Shown piece after piece: positions 7,776 to 17,287 of a stretch of 27,279 bases of DNA. Source of the DNA: Candidatus Thorarchaeota archaeon (GTDB lineage: Archaea > Asgardarchaeota > Thorarchaeia > Thorarchaeales > Thorarchaeaceae); the NCBI GenBank assembly GCA_048882385.1, contig JBHLRQ010000035.1, forward strand, positions 1-27,279, in the 5' to 3' direction. The first letter of the stretch is position 1. Each line of letters starts with the position of its first letter. Position numbers and translations under genes: made by a program. The notes beneath the pieces are model-generated. The model saw only the letters and a program-made list of their open reading frames with translations. It searched no databases and was not told where the DNA came from.

Positions 7776-9152
7776 ATGATTTGGTTGGCTCATGTTATGC
7801 TGTCCGCAATTAGTCTAAGCATCTATGAATACCGGAAGTATCTAGTGCTTAGTCTGGTCATCTCACTGATTGCCATACCGATTGCTGACACACTAGTAAT
7901 CCAACGTGATCGAAACCGAAACGAAATGTACGGTGAGGCATTCTGGATATACGGTTTCGAGATTTACAACATGAATGACACAATCCTAGTCGAACTTATT
8001 GATGAACTTCATCCAGAATGGAACTTTGATGATGGTGAGCATATATTGCCTGACTACCTCTCAGGCGTGAATTATGAATATCCTGTCTTTGGTCTGTTCT
8101 TCTTTGCCATAGCTACGTGGTTATTCCCAGGAGCTGGTGGATTACAACAATTATGGCTTAATTTTCTACTGATCCTTGTATTCAATCTAAATTTGGTGCT
8201 ATTAGCGATTCTATTACGTGATAAGATAAAAACCGAGTTTTGGGCAAGGATGTTCTTTGGAGGATATTTTGTTTATGGACTGGTTATGGCTGCAGGAGGC
8301 GGCAAGTTAGAACCTATAGTGGACTGTTTACTCTTGATGTCATTTGTATTATGGAAAGAGGAACAGTATGGAAAGGCCATGTTCACTCTGGGAATAGGAG
8401 TGCAGACCAAAATCTATCCTGCAGTGGCATTTCCGCTCTTCTTCCTTAGTAATCCCATATCATCAATCTGGTTTGCATTATCAATGGGGGTGTCTTTCAT
8501 TCCCTCACTCTTTGGAGCCAGTTTTGACTCACTATTGGCACATTTCCTTAATACATCGGAATACAGCGTCTATATAGTCAATCCATTGTATCCTGGATTA
8601 GGTATTGCCACACCTGATTTTACTACAACTCCAACAACATACTACATGTGGCTTCCAGCATTCATTCCACTAGTCATTTATATCAGCTTCATGATCTACA
8701 CTTTTAAGCTGTACTTACCTCCAAAAAGTAACTTTGAGGGTAAGTCTATCAGAATGAAGCTCCTGGAATTGAAACCTCTCTACCTCTATCTTCTCCCTGG
8801 AATACTCTTTGTATTCAGATGGGTCATGCCTTGGTATCTTTACTGGCTTGGAATCATTGTCGTGCTGTTTGATGACAACGAACAAGCAATAGGATACATG
8901 AAACAGATTACGGTAGTAGGTCTTCTATTTACGTTTGGCATTGTCTGTAGCTGGCCTTACTTCATCGCCAATCCATTGCCTGACTTCTTCGAACACTTTA
9001 GAATGGGATTGTTAGAAACACTAGCCGCTTTCATCATTACTGGAATAATAACCGCATTTGCCTACAATATCTGGAAATGGGAATTTGACCGCAGAGAGAG
9101 AAAAGCAGCTAAACGCCGAGAAGCTGCGGCAAGAGGCGAACTGATAATCTAA
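7776..9152 (+). CDS. Polytopic membrane protein, probable GT-C glycosyltransferase (GT87/PIG-M-like)
   Basis: About 10 or more hydrophobic segments, a large acidic first loop, and YEYPV, KLE, TKIYPAVAFP and VMPWYLYW motifs reminiscent of GT87/PIG-M-type enzymes. Alternative ATG at 7797. Confidence 0.6.
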   Translation: MIWLAHVMLSAISLSIYEYRKYLVLSLVISLIAIPIADTLVIQRDRNRNEMYGEAFWIYGFEIYNMNDTILVELIDELHPEWNFDDGEHILPDYLSGVNYEYPVFGLFFFAIATWLFPGAGGLQQLWLNFLLILVFNLNLVLLAILLRDKIKTEFWARMFFGGYFVYGLVMAAGGGKLEPIVDCLLLMSFVLWKEEQYGKAMFTLGIGVQTKIYPAVAFPLFFLSNPISSIWFALSMGVSFIPSLFGASFDSLLAHFLNTSEYSVYIVNPLYPGLGIATPDFTTTPTTYYMWLPAFIPLVIYISFMIYTFKLYLPPKSNFEGKSIRMKLLELKPLYLYLLPGILFVFRWVMPWYLYWLGIIVVLFDDNEQAIGYMKQITVVGLLFTFGIVCSWPYFIANPLPDFFEHFRMGLLETLAAFIITGIITAFAYNIWKWEFDRRERKAAKRREAAARGELII

Positions 9153-9156
9153 GCAT

Positions 9157-9627
9157 CTAGAGAGGTCTGCCATTCTCTCGATAATAATCTATTATTCTCT
9201 TCCTGATCAGAGTTGAAGAACAAAGACCATCCGCATCGCGTTTTTCTAACCTCACAATCTTAGTGTTCAGGCCTTTTTCTTTGAAGTACTTTTCAAGGGC
9301 ACTGACATCAGTATATTGATCATATCCCAGTGCAATTATATCAGGTTTGATTTGTTCAACAATGATTGTATGATCTTCGGTATCAAGTCCAATGATTGCC
9401 CTGTCAACATAAACTATGGACTCCACAATTCTACGTCTTTGTTCTTGAGGGAATACTGGTGGAGCACCCCTCTCCCTCTCTACTGTGTTGTCACGTGCTA
9501 GAACAACAACTAACTCTCCATCTTCCCCTGCCAATTCCTTTGCTTGTTGGAGATATGCAATGTGACCCAAATGAAGGATGTCAAACTTTCCCGCTGCTAA
9601 GACTTTCTTCCCAGTCATCGGGTTCAC
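9157..9627 (-). CDS. ribL: Archaeal FAD synthase (cytidyltransferase family)
   Basis: GKFDILHLGH (HxGH), VVVLARD, IKPDIIALGYDQ, SSTLIR. Alternative ATG at 9618. Confidence 0.85.
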   Translation of the reverse strand: MNPMTGKKVLAAGKFDILHLGHIAYLQQAKELAGEDGELVVVLARDNTVERERGAPPVFPQEQRRRIVESIVYVDRAIIGLDTEDHTIIVEQIKPDIIALGYDQYTDVSALEKYFKEKGLNTKIVRLEKRDADGLCSSTLIRKRIIDYYRENGRPL

Positions 9628-9644
9628 ACCATTGTTGCTTTGAA

Positions 9645-9905
9645 TTAATCCTCATCAACTGCGAGGAATGTGTGTTCCTCTGATATGACTTCGATGCGGC
9701 GCTTTGTCTTTGTAATCTGACTTACATGAACTAGTCCATTGATCTCAAGTTGAAGCAGAGCTGCATTCAATTCAGCTTCGCTAGGCTCTGCTCCAAGCTC
9801 TTTCTTCAAAGCTCTAATGAGTTCATCATCTAGGATTACTCCACGTCGTTTCTTGACTATTGACACAACCAGGTTTGTCATCGGCATAGCATTCCATGGT
9901 GCCAT
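9645..9905 (-). CDS. Small winged-helix-like protein downstream of cdc48
   Basis: ELNAALLQLEINGLVHV followed by a beta-wing pattern; GAGGTGA SD; 18 bp after the cdc48 stop. Confidence 0.7.
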   Translation of the reverse strand: MAPWNAMPMTNLVVSIVKKRRGVILDDELIRALKKELGAEPSEAELNAALLQLEINGLVHVSQITKTKRRIEVISEEHTFLAVDED

Positions 9906-9923
9906 TTGTACTCACCTCATCAT

Positions 9924-12128
9924 TTACCCATACATAGAATGGGTTGCAGTATCAACCTCAGTTGTTCTACGGAGAGTCTGATCCATTTTTCTATATCTGT
10001 CTAGCATCTCTTTTGTTACTGAAGAATGCACGGATTCGATTGCTGACTCGAAATGTTTCCATGAAACCTTCTCGGTATCCATGTTCTCTCTTAAAGCCCT
10101 CATACCAGCCTCTCGACAGATTGCTTCAATATCTCCTCCCACGTAGTTCTCTGTTAATTCAACAAGCTTATCCAACTTGCTCATGACATCATCACCAAGG
10201 GGCATACCCGTTGTATAGATCTCAAAAATTGCCTTTCTGCTGTCCGCATCAGGAGCGTCAACATAGACGAATCTATCAAACCTGCCAGTTCGCAGAAGCG
10301 CTTTGTCAATCAACTCAGGTCTATTCGTGGCTGCAATTACCACGATGTCTTTCATTGATTCCAAACCATCCATCTCTGTTAGAAGCTGGCTGATTACTCT
10401 CTGATTATGAACAGCTCCTGGACCATCACCTGCTCCTCGTGTTGGAGCAAGTGCATCAATCTCATCGAAGAAGATGATTGCAGGGGCTGCAGTTCTTGCC
10501 TTTCTAAACACTTCACGAATGGCTTTTTCACTCTCTCCAACCCATTTCGATATGAGTTCTGGGCCTTTAACGCTGATGAAGTTCGCTTCACTCTCTGTAG
10601 CGACTGCTCTTGCTAGAAGTGTTTTTCCACATCCCGGTGGTCCAAACACGAGAACTCCTTTTGGTGGTGTTATACCTAGCCTACGGAATGATTCTGGTTT
10701 CTTGAGAGGCCACTCAACTACCTCTTTGAGTTCTTGTTTGGCTTCCTCCAAGCCACCGATATCGCTCCATTTCACATCTGGAACTTCGATAAAGACCTCT
10801 CGGACAGCTGATGGTTGAATCTCCTTCAATGCTTCCAAGAAATCCCCATTATGAACTTCAAGTTGGTCCAGTACGTCCTGAGGTATTTCTTCATCAGCCA
10901 GATTGATTTGAGGAAGGTATCTCCTAAGTGCTTTCATAGCTGCTTCTCTACAGAGCGCATTCAGATCCGCACCTACGAATCCATGAGTAATCTTTGCAAG
11001 GTGCTGAAGATCAACGGTTCCTTCACCCTCTGAGGTCAAGGGCATTCCTCTTGAATGAATATGGAGGACTTCAAGTCTCCCCGTTTCATCAGGAACTCCA
11101 ATTTCGAGTTCTCTGTCAAAGCGACCTGGACGCCTAAGTGCAGGATCTAACGCATTAACACGATTTGTAGCACCAATTACAACTACTTGTCCTCTTACTT
11201 TCAATCCATCCATTGTGGCCAGAAGTTGTGCTACCACTCTTCTTTCTACTTCTCCTTGTACATCTTCCCGTTTTGGTGCTATTGCATCTAGTTCATCAAT
11301 GAATATGATACTAGGAGCATTTTCTTCAGCCTCCTCGAAAATCTTCCTTAGTTTCTGTTCTGACTCGCCATAGAACTTGGACATGATCTCCGGACCGTTA
11401 ATGTGTACGAAGTTCGCTTCAGATTCTCCTGCAACAGCTTTTGCTAGGAGTGTCTTTCCTGTTCCAGGAGGTCCATGAAGAATAAGGCCTCGTGGGGGAT
11501 CAATACCTAATCTCTTGAAGATTTCAGGATGCTTCATTGGGAGCTCTACCATCTCCCTAATTCGTTGGATTGCGTCAGACAATCCACCAATTTCCTCGTA
11601 TGTCACCTGCGCTGTACCAACAACATCTCCAGTTGGTTTCTCTGCAATTGCAAGAATAGTTGAATGCTGAACCACTACGGTTCCAGTTGGTTTGATGGAT
11701 GTAACCTTGAATGGTATTGCTCTACCTAGAATTGGTATGAATACAGTATCCTGAGTAGTCACAGGGCAATTCAGAAGTTTTCTCTTCACAAACTCTTCGA
11801 ACCTTGGTTCTGGACGAATTGGTACCGAGGTTGGAGCAAGCGTGACGTTCTTTGCAGGCTCCTCATTTGCCCTTGATACAGTCACTTTCTCGCTAAGACT
11901 AACACCAGCATTTCTTCTAATTCTACCATCCATTCGAATGATTTCTCTTCCTTTATCTCCTTGATAAGCTGGCCAGGCAATAGCTGCAGTCACTCTCTTA
12001 CCTTTGATTTGAATAATATCTCCAGTCCTAACACCCAGTTTCTCCATTGAAACAGCATCTATACGCACTATAAACCTGCCAATGTCTCTGTGCTCGGCCT
12101 CTGCCACCTTAAGAATAATCTCGACCAT
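9924..12128 (-). CDS. cdc48: CDC48/VCP/p97 (VAT) AAA+ ATPase
   Basis: N-domain plus two AAA modules ([23 protein letters not shown] and [18 protein letters not shown]). C-terminal MYG is an HbYX-type tail; AGGAGG SD. Confidence 0.98.
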   Translation of the reverse strand: MVEIILKVAEAEHRDIGRFIVRIDAVSMEKLGVRTGDIIQIKGKRVTAAIAWPAYQGDKGREIIRMDGRIRRNAGVSLSEKVTVSRANEEPAKNVTLAPTSVPIRPEPRFEEFVKRKLLNCPVTTQDTVFIPILGRAIPFKVTSIKPTGTVVVQHSTILAIAEKPTGDVVGTAQVTYEEIGGLSDAIQRIREMVELPMKHPEIFKRLGIDPPRGLILHGPPGTGKTLLAKAVAGESEANFVHINGPEIMSKFYGESEQKLRKIFEEAEENAPSIIFIDELDAIAPKREDVQGEVERRVVAQLLATMDGLKVRGQVVVIGATNRVNALDPALRRPGRFDRELEIGVPDETGRLEVLHIHSRGMPLTSEGEGTVDLQHLAKITHGFVGADLNALCREAAMKALRRYLPQINLADEEIPQDVLDQLEVHNGDFLEALKEIQPSAVREVFIEVPDVKWSDIGGLEEAKQELKEVVEWPLKKPESFRRLGITPPKGVLVFGPPGCGKTLLARAVATESEANFISVKGPELISKWVGESEKAIREVFRKARTAAPAIIFFDEIDALAPTRGAGDGPGAVHNQRVISQLLTEMDGLESMKDIVVIAATNRPELIDKALLRTGRFDRFVYVDAPDADSRKAIFEIYTTGMPLGDDVMSKLDKLVELTENYVGGDIEAICREAGMRALRENMDTEKVSWKHFESAIESVHSSVTKEMLDRYRKMDQTLRRTTEVDTATHSMYG

Positions 12129-12165
12129 TTCTTGAAAGCATCCTCCTATCCATTATTATAGTATG

Positions 12166-12212
12166 AGAAACCGGACGGACTGCCTCAAATCATTATAATC
12201 CGTCTTGTTTCT
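12166..12212. promoter_or_regulatory. Imperfect inverted repeat upstream of cdc48
   Basis: AGAAACCGGACGGA (12166-12179) and TCCGTCTTGTTTCT (12199-12212); 12 of 14 positions complementary, 19-nt spacer. Confidence 0.45.
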
Positions 12213-12336
12213 GCTATTCAATGTTTCTTTGTTGACCAATATAATCCAATATAGCACAGGTTTGCGTGTATCTATGGGTGTCTATGGTCATTCTGTTGCT
12301 CCTGAGAGAATCAAAATCAGCCGAATTACGCGCCTA

Positions 12337-12603
12337 CTACATTCTTGAAACTCTTTCAACTTCGACTTGGGATACGCCCTCAATAGCACTGATTGCCGCT
12401 TCTATGTCATCAGTACCACCCATCGACTCATCTCGTGAGAGATTCATTCGAAGGGCTTTTAGACCAAAGGCAACTGGTTGAGTTTCTGTTGCTCCCAAAT
12501 CTGTTCCCTCTGGAATTGCGGTCTTGATTCTTTCAAGTAGGTCGTCTAGATCAATTTCCACATCATCGGGCATTATCCTAAGGGTCATAACTACTCTTGC
12601 CAT
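12337..12603 (-). CDS. ef1b: Translation elongation factor aEF-1beta
   Basis: MARVVMTLRIMPDDVEIDLD...QPVAFGLKAL...GGTDDIE...IEGVSQVEV. Confidence 0.95.
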   Translation of the reverse strand: MARVVMTLRIMPDDVEIDLDDLLERIKTAIPEGTDLGATETQPVAFGLKALRMNLSRDESMGGTDDIEAAISAIEGVSQVEVERVSRM

Positions 12604-12626
12604 TTTGCTTAATCTCCAAAAATTGT

Positions 12627-12794
12627 CTATGGCCCTTCAAACCCACAGTTTGGGCAGGTGTATCTGTTAGAAAAACGTCTACAAGATTCACAGCGCCAGA
12701 TAGTAAACTCACCACAGGATGGACACTTAAACTTCACACCATTCTCTTGCGGAGAAACTGAAGCGTGACATGAAGTACACCTGATAGCTCTCAT
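12627..12794 (-). CDS. Zn-ribbon protein (HVO_2753/DUF1610-like)
   Basis: CTSC...FKCPSCG...IWRCESCR...YTCPNCGFEGP, in the usual position upstream of ef1b. ATG 12794 (or TTG 12803) follows GGTGAT. Confidence 0.9.
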   Translation of the reverse strand: MRAIRCTSCHASVSPQENGVKFKCPSCGEFTIWRCESCRRFSNRYTCPNCGFEGP

Positions 12795-12950
12795 AGTTGC
12801 CAAGTTATCACCAGAAGGTTTTGTGGTACCAGAAGCACCAGTTTTGGGGGCGTGCTGATGAGTTATTATAAATCTGTCGAAGTGGTGTTTCAACAGAAGG
12901 ATATATTCCTGTTATCGTCGCACTATGAATCTGACAATGGAGTGTATTCA

Positions 12951-14009
12951 ATGGGCACAAAGCTTGGTGACATTGTAATTGCTGAGAATATCTCTCTGAG
13001 TGCTCTATCAGACAAGAGTATAGCTATTGATGCATTCAACACGATCTATGCATTTCTTGCTTCTATTAGACAACCTGATGGAACTCCACTCACTGATAAT
13101 CAGGGGAGAGTGACCAGTCATCTCAGTGGCCTCTTCTATCGCAACCTGAATCTGCTTGAGAACGGTATCAGACCAGTATACGTCTTCGACGGTGAAGCCC
13201 CAAAACTGAAAGCCAATGAACAACAGAAACGAAGAGAGATTCGTGATGCAGCATATGCAGAATGGAAGACAGCAAAGGCTGAAGGACGAATTGAAGATGC
13301 CAGAAAGGCTGGTCAAGCAAGCTCAAAACTGACAAGTCCAATGATTGAGGAGAGTAAGGAACTCCTCACTGCCCTAGGAATCCCAGTTATCCAGGCTCCT
13401 TCTGAGGGTGAAGCTGTAGCAGCTCAAATGGCACGCGAAGACTTAGTATGGGCAAGCGCAAGCCAGGACAACGACTCGCTCCTTTACAATTGCCCCCGTA
13501 TGATTAGAAATCTCTCTATATCCGGTAGGCGAAGAATCGCACGGTCACAATCATACAAGACCATTGAACCGCAGCTTATTGATCTTGATGACAATCTACG
13601 AGAACTTGGAATCACCCGACAACAACTAATCGACATCGCAATTCTTGTTGGTACAGACTATAACGACAAGGTTCCTGATATTGGAGCCAAGACTGCATTG
13701 AAGCTAGTCAAAAAGCATGGAAGCATAGAGGGAATTCTATCAACTTTCAAGACTTCGAAGAATCCTAAAAATCGTGAAAAACATGGCTTAATCTCAGAGA
13801 TTCCTTATGAGGAGATAAGGGATATTTTCCTCAATTCACCCAAGATTGATCTAGAACATCCAAAATGGATTGAACCCACAACAGATGAGATAGTGCGAAT
13901 CCTATGTACAGAGCACGATTTTAATGAATCCAGACTGCAGAAGTCTCTGGAGCGCCTTGAAGAGACGCTTGGATCGACTCGCCAGAGTACATTGTCTGAC
14001 TTTTTCTGA
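12951..14009 (+). CDS. fen: Flap endonuclease 1
   Basis: MG start, IDAFN, SIRQPDGTPL, TSHLSGLFYR, YVFDG, APSEGEA, SQDND, ILVGTDYN, IGAKTA, C-terminal PIP box QSTLSDFF. Start moved to ATG 12951. Confidence 0.97.
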   Translation: MGTKLGDIVIAENISLSALSDKSIAIDAFNTIYAFLASIRQPDGTPLTDNQGRVTSHLSGLFYRNLNLLENGIRPVYVFDGEAPKLKANEQQKRREIRDAAYAEWKTAKAEGRIEDARKAGQASSKLTSPMIEESKELLTALGIPVIQAPSEGEAVAAQMAREDLVWASASQDNDSLLYNCPRMIRNLSISGRRRIARSQSYKTIEPQLIDLDDNLRELGITRQQLIDIAILVGTDYNDKVPDIGAKTALKLVKKHGSIEGILSTFKTSKNPKNREKHGLISEIPYEEIRDIFLNSPKIDLEHPKWIEPTTDEIVRILCTEHDFNESRLQKSLERLEETLGSTRQSTLSDFF

Positions 14010-14081
14010 GCTCTGTAAAAACAGGTTAGGATATATAGCAAGGAACCACAAGTCTGAGTAGGTTAAAGGTGAATCACACTT

Positions 14082-14771
14082 ATGCTACGAGAGAGAATGA
14101 CAGCAGTTAGGGCATCCATTTCTGATATTGTAAATGGCAACTACGGGGATGACACTGGACCACATGTGGTATCACCTTTTGGGGTCGAGCTTAGACGAGT
14201 TGTAGTAGTTGGCTTTGTAGTCAACAGATTCTACAGAGATGGTGATGAATCCGGGAAAAAGAGGTTTGAGAGCATCACTTTAGATGATGGTACCGATACA
14301 ATTAGAGTGAAAGTTTGGGGCGATGAAGACGCTGATATGCTTGAAGGTGTAAAGGAGAATATTCTGGCTCTGGTAATTGGCAAAATAAGAAAATACGAAG
14401 ATGAATCATACATAGTGCCTGAGATTGTTCGTGAGTTGACAGATCCAAACTACATGAGCCTACATCTCATGGAACGATACAAAACAATCCTGACTAGAAG
14501 TGGTGTGACATCACAAAGTACTGATGAACATGAACAGGAATTGCTTGCTTCAGCATCTAGTACACCCGTATCTGGAAAGCTCGCAAATGATATCATTGCT
14601 TACGTTCGATTGGAGGCCCCTCCTGAAGGCATCCCTCTGAAGGACATTAAGGCGTACTTTGAAAAGAAAGGACAAGACCCTGAGAAAGTAGAAATTAAAG
14701 TGTTCAATCTTGTTGCTGAAGGAGCACTGAATGAAATCAGCATTGGCCAGTTCCGTACTCCTGATATCTGA
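14082..14771 (+). CDS. RPA32/RPA2-like OB-fold ssDNA-binding protein with C-terminal winged helix
   Basis: RVVVVGFVV...ITLDDGTDTIRVKVW...VIGKIRKY...IVPE OB fold, a low-complexity linker, then a wH-like C-terminus (VFNLVAEGALNEISIGQFR). Confidence 0.8.
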   Translation: MLRERMTAVRASISDIVNGNYGDDTGPHVVSPFGVELRRVVVVGFVVNRFYRDGDESGKKRFESITLDDGTDTIRVKVWGDEDADMLEGVKENILALVIGKIRKYEDESYIVPEIVRELTDPNYMSLHLMERYKTILTRSGVTSQSTDEHEQELLASASSTPVSGKLANDIIAYVRLEAPPEGIPLKDIKAYFEKKGQDPEKVEIKVFNLVAEGALNEISIGQFRTPDI

Positions 14772-14826
14772 TTGACTATCTCAGTCGGAGCAATACCTTC
14801 AATAGCATTTAGGAGAGAGTTAAGGC

Positions 14827-15240
14827 ATGGACGACTATGACCGCCTTCTAGACAGGGCAAGATCCCAAGTACCTGAGGATGCATTCAAAAAGTCAGGAGA
14901 GAGGTTCAAGGTTCCTGAAGTTCAATTAATGGTTCAAGGAAACAGAAGCATCTGGCAGAATTTCTATGATGTAATCAACGTCCTCAACAGACCCGGAAAA
15001 GAGGTTTTGAAGTTCGTTTCCGGTCAGTTAGGAACTGCTGGGAGTATCGAGGGTAGTAGTGCCTTATTCAACGGAAAATTCAATGATGAACAGGTTGCAG
15101 ATGTTCTGAATCGCTACATAGAATCATACGTGATTTGTCCTGTTTGTACACGTCCAGACACCGATATTTCAAAAGACGGTGGCGCATATTATTTGGTTTG
15201 CAGTGCGTGTGGAGCTCGTACATCAATAAGACCCGTATAG
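14827..15240 (+). CDS. eif2b: Translation initiation factor aIF-2 beta
   Basis: DYDRLLDRA, ERFKVP, LGTAG, YVICPVCTRPDT...CSACGA. Confidence 0.95.
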   Translation: MDDYDRLLDRARSQVPEDAFKKSGERFKVPEVQLMVQGNRSIWQNFYDVINVLNRPGKEVLKFVSGQLGTAGSIEGSSALFNGKFNDEQVADVLNRYIESYVICPVCTRPDTDISKDGGAYYLVCSACGARTSIRPV

Positions 15241-15259
15241 TATTTGGAGTGTTACCAGA

Positions 15260-15559
15260 ATGGTTCAAGTCTATATGCGTGTGAATGAAACCCATGAACA
15301 CTATGTGGTCGCTATGTGTGACAAACCACTCCTTGGTATGACATTAAAACACGGTGACATTCAATTCAAGATTAGTGAGGAATTCTACGGTGGTGAACTA
15401 GTAGATTTGAAGACCTGCATGAAACATCTAGAGAAGGCAACTATAGCTAACATGGTTGGTGAGAAGACAGTAAAAGCAGCCATGAATGCTGGTCTGGTTC
15501 ATGAACAGGCAATTCTATACATCGAAGGACACCCTCATGCACAATGGGTCAAACTCTGA
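15260..15559 (+). CDS. DUF424 family protein
   Basis: VVAMCD..LLG, ISEEFYGG, ATIANMVG, IEGHPHAQ. Confidence 0.9.
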   Translation: MVQVYMRVNETHEHYVVAMCDKPLLGMTLKHGDIQFKISEEFYGGELVDLKTCMKHLEKATIANMVGEKTVKAAMNAGLVHEQAILYIEGHPHAQWVKL

Positions 15560-15571
15560 TTTAATTTCTAA

Positions 15572-15955
15572 TTAGTGGCTGCAACCTCCGCCGCCACCGC
15601 CACACAATCCATCCCTGTTCATGAGAGTTCCTTCACCATTTATGAATGAGTTTAGAGCATCACCAACAGTAGAACCTATCCCCTTTACTACTGTCAGACC
15701 TAATTGTTGTGCTGCCATGTATGGATGCATACCCATACCCATAGTTATGAGAATGTTAACTCCAATATCTGCAAGACGCATAACAGGTTCTGCGCAACTA
15801 CTGTGCCCGAGATTTGGAACAGTTTCGATATCAACAATCTTACCGTTTTCAATGGTTGATACAATGAATGCTCTACAATGACCAAAGTGCCCACTCAGAG
15901 GACTGTCAAGTCCCATTTCCATATCTGCAGTTACAGCAATTTTTTGTGTGCTCAT
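15572..15955 (-). CDS. NifB/NifX-family (FeMo-cofactor-binding-like) domain protein
   Basis: KIAV...SGHFGHCRAF...VPN...GVNILITMGMG pattern; Cys/Gly/His tail LCGGGGGGCSH. Start moved to ATG 15955. Confidence 0.85.
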   Translation of the reverse strand: MSTQKIAVTADMEMGLDSPLSGHFGHCRAFIVSTIENGKIVDIETVPNLGHSSCAEPVMRLADIGVNILITMGMGMHPYMAAQQLGLTVVKGIGSTVGDALNSFINGEGTLMNRDGLCGGGGGGCSH

Positions 15956-16038
15956 TTGTGTATCCCTTTCTATGCGACTGTCTAAAGAGCTTTGAAAAGA
16001 TCTAATCAGCTCCAATCATATGATAACAAAAGAGTTAC

Positions 16039-16053
16039 GTTACAGGTTGTAAC
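16039..16053. promoter_or_regulatory. Palindrome GTTACA-N3-TGTAAC, candidate transcription factor site
   Basis: Perfect 6-3-6 dyad between the divergent NifX-like and nmd3 genes, just upstream of TTTTAAGC (16065-16072). Confidence 0.4.
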
Positions 16054-16094
16054 AATAGTCCAGATTTTAAGCAAAAGAATACGAAAAACTCAGG

Positions 16095-17180
16095 TTGGTT
16101 CAATTGAAAGCTCCCTGTTATCAATGCGGAAACCCTGCGGTCATAGAAGGCCTTTGCGCCAAGTGCTATAACGAAGCACATCCTTTGATCGAGGTTTCAT
16201 CACCCTTGACACTCCTAGCTTGTAAAAGGTGTGGCTCTGTGAAGGTTCCAGGAGGGTGGAAAAAGATGGCAGTGGATGTTTCAGAATCCGATGACTTGTG
16301 GCCACTCCAGATCGATATTCTTCTAGATATCGAAGTGAAGCCACTTGTTCCTGACGTAGAGCTGACGATTGAAGAAGAGAAACGGCTTGACAGAGTTCTT
16401 CACATCACTCTGAAGGCTCTTGGAAGTTCTCACAAAGACCTTCCTCCATATGAGGAAGAACATAAGGTGGAAATTCGTTTTGCCTATGGTACATGTGATA
16501 CATGTGCAATGATGAGCGGAGGGTATTACGAAGCAGTTCTTCAGATTCGTGCAGATGGACGTCCGCTAACGGATGATGAAGAAGATGATATCGTACGCAC
16601 AGTTACTGATATGACAATTGCAGAATATGGAAATGATGACAAGGCATTCGTAACCAAAGTCAGCAGCGATAAATTTGGTTTAGACTTTCATATAGGATCA
16701 GAGCATCTTTGCAGAACCATAGCCAAGGATCTAGAATCTCGTTACTTGGCACAAAGGAAAGACAACTACAAACTTATTGGTCAAGATAAGGGTGGGAAAG
16801 ATAAATTCCGCATAACCATTTTAATTCGCCTTAACAAATTCAGGGTAGGTGATTTCGTGCAAGTTCTTGACAACCCTTGTCAGATTATGACAATGAGTAA
16901 GGGCGGTCTTACTTGCTTCGACCTTGTTCAACGCGAAAGATTCACTATGAACCCAAAGAGTTCCAAATGGAGAACACTGTCGTATCTCGCGCCAATGTCT
17001 GACAGGAGAAAGTTCATGGTGACCACTCGAGTTTATGGGCAGCCTGTGCAGTTAATGGACTCTGAGAACTATGAGATTCGGGAAATTGATAATGCTCTTC
17101 TTGATGAATCGATAGAGGTTGGACTCACGGTTTATGGATTAATACTCGAAGACGAGTTTTATTTACTTCCTATTGAATAG
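16095..17180 (+). CDS. nmd3: NMD3 family ribosome biogenesis protein
   Basis: Four CxxC pairs (CYQC, CAKC, CKRC, CDTC), GGYYEAVLQIR, KLIGQD...RITILIR; TTG start. Confidence 0.9.
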   Translation: MVQLKAPCYQCGNPAVIEGLCAKCYNEAHPLIEVSSPLTLLACKRCGSVKVPGGWKKMAVDVSESDDLWPLQIDILLDIEVKPLVPDVELTIEEEKRLDRVLHITLKALGSSHKDLPPYEEEHKVEIRFAYGTCDTCAMMSGGYYEAVLQIRADGRPLTDDEEDDIVRTVTDMTIAEYGNDDKAFVTKVSSDKFGLDFHIGSEHLCRTIAKDLESRYLAQRKDNYKLIGQDKGGKDKFRITILIRLNKFRVGDFVQVLDNPCQIMTMSKGGLTCFDLVQRERFTMNPKSSKWRTLSYLAPMSDRRKFMVTTRVYGQPVQLMDSENYEIREIDNALLDESIEVGLTVYGLILEDEFYLLPIE

Positions 17181-17287
17181 AGTCAAGCAAGAAAAGACTG
17201 GTTTCGGTACGCTTAAATGCCCTCTAAAAGAACCCTGCATTAATCGCGGAAGGACATCATTGTCCAGCGCAGAACCGGAGGAATACT

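Noticed and set aside
15572-15955. Evidence of nitrogen fixation
   Set aside because: Stand-alone NifX-like domains are common in non-diazotrophic anaerobes, and no nifHDK genes are present.
17245-17269. Archaeal SECIS (GAA/A internal loop) resemblance
   Set aside because: No neighbouring gene has an internal in-frame UGA at a Cys position, and the stem is short.
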